A stretch of 64,000 nt of DNA from Lama guanicoe (taxonomy: Eukaryota). Shown here in pieces: positions 62,283 through 64,000 of the stretch. The notes under the pieces are model-generated. The model made no database searches. It saw only the letters and a list, made by a program, of their open reading frames with translations, and had not been told where the DNA came from. The translations under genes and the position numbers were made by a program. Every line of letters starts with the position of its first letter. Within the stretch, counting starts at the first letter, position 1. The stretch lies in NCBI GenBank assembly GCA_013239625.1, contig MU054323.1, positions 3,026,161 through 3,090,160 of the forward strand, in the 5' to 3' direction.

Positions 62283-63609
62283 GCAATTTCCCTCATTAGG
62301 AACTGAGCTCCTGCTTCCAGCCACATCAACAGCAAAACAGAAAAATCCAACTCCCCAAGACCATAAGCAGAAAAGGCTATAATTCAGCTTCATTCTCAGT
62401 CTTAATAAAAAGCATTTGCAATGCTGCTAATGCTCCTCTGGGCCTGTAAACATTTTTACTCCAAACACATCAGCTGCAAAATGTTGGCGCCCCTCTTGAC
62501 GGAAGAGCAAGAAGGCCAAATGCATTTTAGGCCAACAGCCAGGGGGTGGGAGCTGAGACCCCACTCTGGGCAGGCTAGCTACCCAGCGTCTGGGTGGGCA
62601 TGTGCACTTCACAGGCAGAACCAAGCTAGTAAAATGAGCGCAGAGGAGGCGATGTTTTTGTTCTTTTTCAGAAAGTATCCCCAGTGTTAAATATAAAGCC
62701 TCATGAAATACTTCGCCGCTCAAATCAAGAAGTGGAAAGCATTGAGATGTTTGGACCCTTCACGGCTACCACGGCCCAGAGCGGTTCGCACCTCCCGCAG
62801 GCAAAGCCAACTAAACTCAACCGGAGTGAAACTTGGATGCCTTTCCCCCTCTTAGCTGCCTGGGGGGGACAATTAAATTAAAAGTGTAATGACTTTACAT
62901 CAGGAGGAAGTTTACCCATGCCACACGTGAAAAGCAGAATCCTGATTTCACAGTCACACCTCTGCGCTCCACGGGGAGGGACCAAACACGAGCGGTCGTG
63001 GAAAGGAGGAAAGAACAGTGAGCAAATTCTTGAGCTGGGGTTTCTGGGTCCCGGCAGTCTTCTCCCCGTTTAAAGAATGCCTACCTTTTCTGAAGATAGT
63101 GGTATGTAAGAATCCCAGAGATTTGTTTGGATCTCCGACATTCGTACTTTACAGCAGGAACTCTCGGCAAGTTAGGAGTTTTCACCAAAGTGAAAAATCA
63201 TTCGCTTTGACAAGAGACCTATAAACAGAAGACATGGGAGTCGTGCATATGCTAATGGCTTTCCCCTGCGAGGGCCTTGCGGTCTTGAGGTTTCAGCCCC
63301 AACTTGTACTTCAATTGGTGCCAAATCTAACCTGCTCGCAATCTTCAGTAGGAATCCCTGCTTTACATGAAACAAATGGTATGAATCACAGATGTTATGG
63401 GAGTGTTTCTGAATAAGAAAAGTTTCCCTGCAGAGTTTTGATGATTTGGTAGTTGGGTAAATGATCTTCCTAAAAATGGAGCAGTAACCTGATAGCTGAA
63501 AGGTTATGAGTACAACAGAGCTTTAAATGTTTTCTAAATTAACGCATTACACAAGGAAAAATCAACCAGCAGACATTTGTGGGCCCATGATGCTTCTCAG
63601 TGGGTCCTA

Positions 63610-63740
63610 ACTTTACTGGAATGTAGGCTCCGTGAGGGCAGGGACGCGGTATTATCCACCGCTCTATCTGCCATACCTAAAAAGAGGGATGGGCATGTGG
63701 TAGGTATCAATAAACATCTGGTAGATGAATTGGATAATTA
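63610..63740 (+). mobile_element. L2 3' end
   Basis: ACTGGAATGTAGGCTCCGTGAGGGCAGGGAC...GGCATGTGGTAGGTATCAATAAACATCTGGTAGATGAAT. Confidence 0.9.
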
Positions 63741-64000
63741 ATTAATTAGTCTTTATTATTGAAAAACAGTATTGCCTAGGGGGCCCCCAGCTGTCCTAGG
63801 AAATCTGAGACCAACCAAACATTTAGAACTCACTGTGCAGAAAGCCAGCAGACATGAGTCTTGTCTATTTCCTGTACAGTAACTCTGCTGAAAGCAGCAA
63901 TCATGGAAAGTCAAGTGACCCCATCATTCATCCACCCAACACTTACTAACTGAGCACACACTGTGTTCCCTTTCTTGGGTTAGGACAAGAACCACAGAAA

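Noticed and set aside
62048..62350. Charged, coiled-coil-like minus ORF suggesting a pseudogene
   Set aside because: It is the antisense reading of an L2 3' fragment.
1..64000. Prokaryote-type systems (CRISPR arrays, operons, defence islands) or an intact retroviral/transposase gene
   Set aside because: The sequence is mammalian and repeat-rich; I saw no regularly spaced repeat-spacer array, no long intact ORF and only solo LTRs.

Overview
This is non-coding mammalian genomic DNA, intronic or intergenic in character. It is most likely from a camelid (alpaca/llama/camel), because the only young SINE (41837-41985, minus strand) matches the tRNA-derived camelid vic-1 family and I saw no Alu, B1/B2, SINEC or Bov-A/tA elements. 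I could not identify any recognisable protein-coding gene, RNA gene or processed pseudogene, and the supplied ORFs look like chance or repeat-derived frames. The window is a mosaic of ancient repeats (MIR, L2, L1M, MaLR MLT1 LTRs, and MER5, Charlie1, MER47 and MER81 DNA-transposon fossils), microsatellites, and unique stretches with homeodomain, RFX, octamer and CTCF-like motif clusters that look like enhancers. The most notable structures are: (1) a scrambled, partly inverted L1 at 45.7-48.0 kb containing a recent ~145-bp copy of its own deletion junction; (2) a diverged ~190-bp direct duplication at 17.2/18.8 kb with asymmetric CpG content; (3) a fully open, splice-site-bounded 294-nt candidate exon at 6264-6557; (4) a CpG-rich MIR with a CCAAT box; (5) a perfect hairpin at a hAT transposon end. 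I found no evidence of a new multi-gene biological system. Repeat names come from recalled consensus sequences, and repeat boundaries are approximate (tens of bp) unless stated otherwise.
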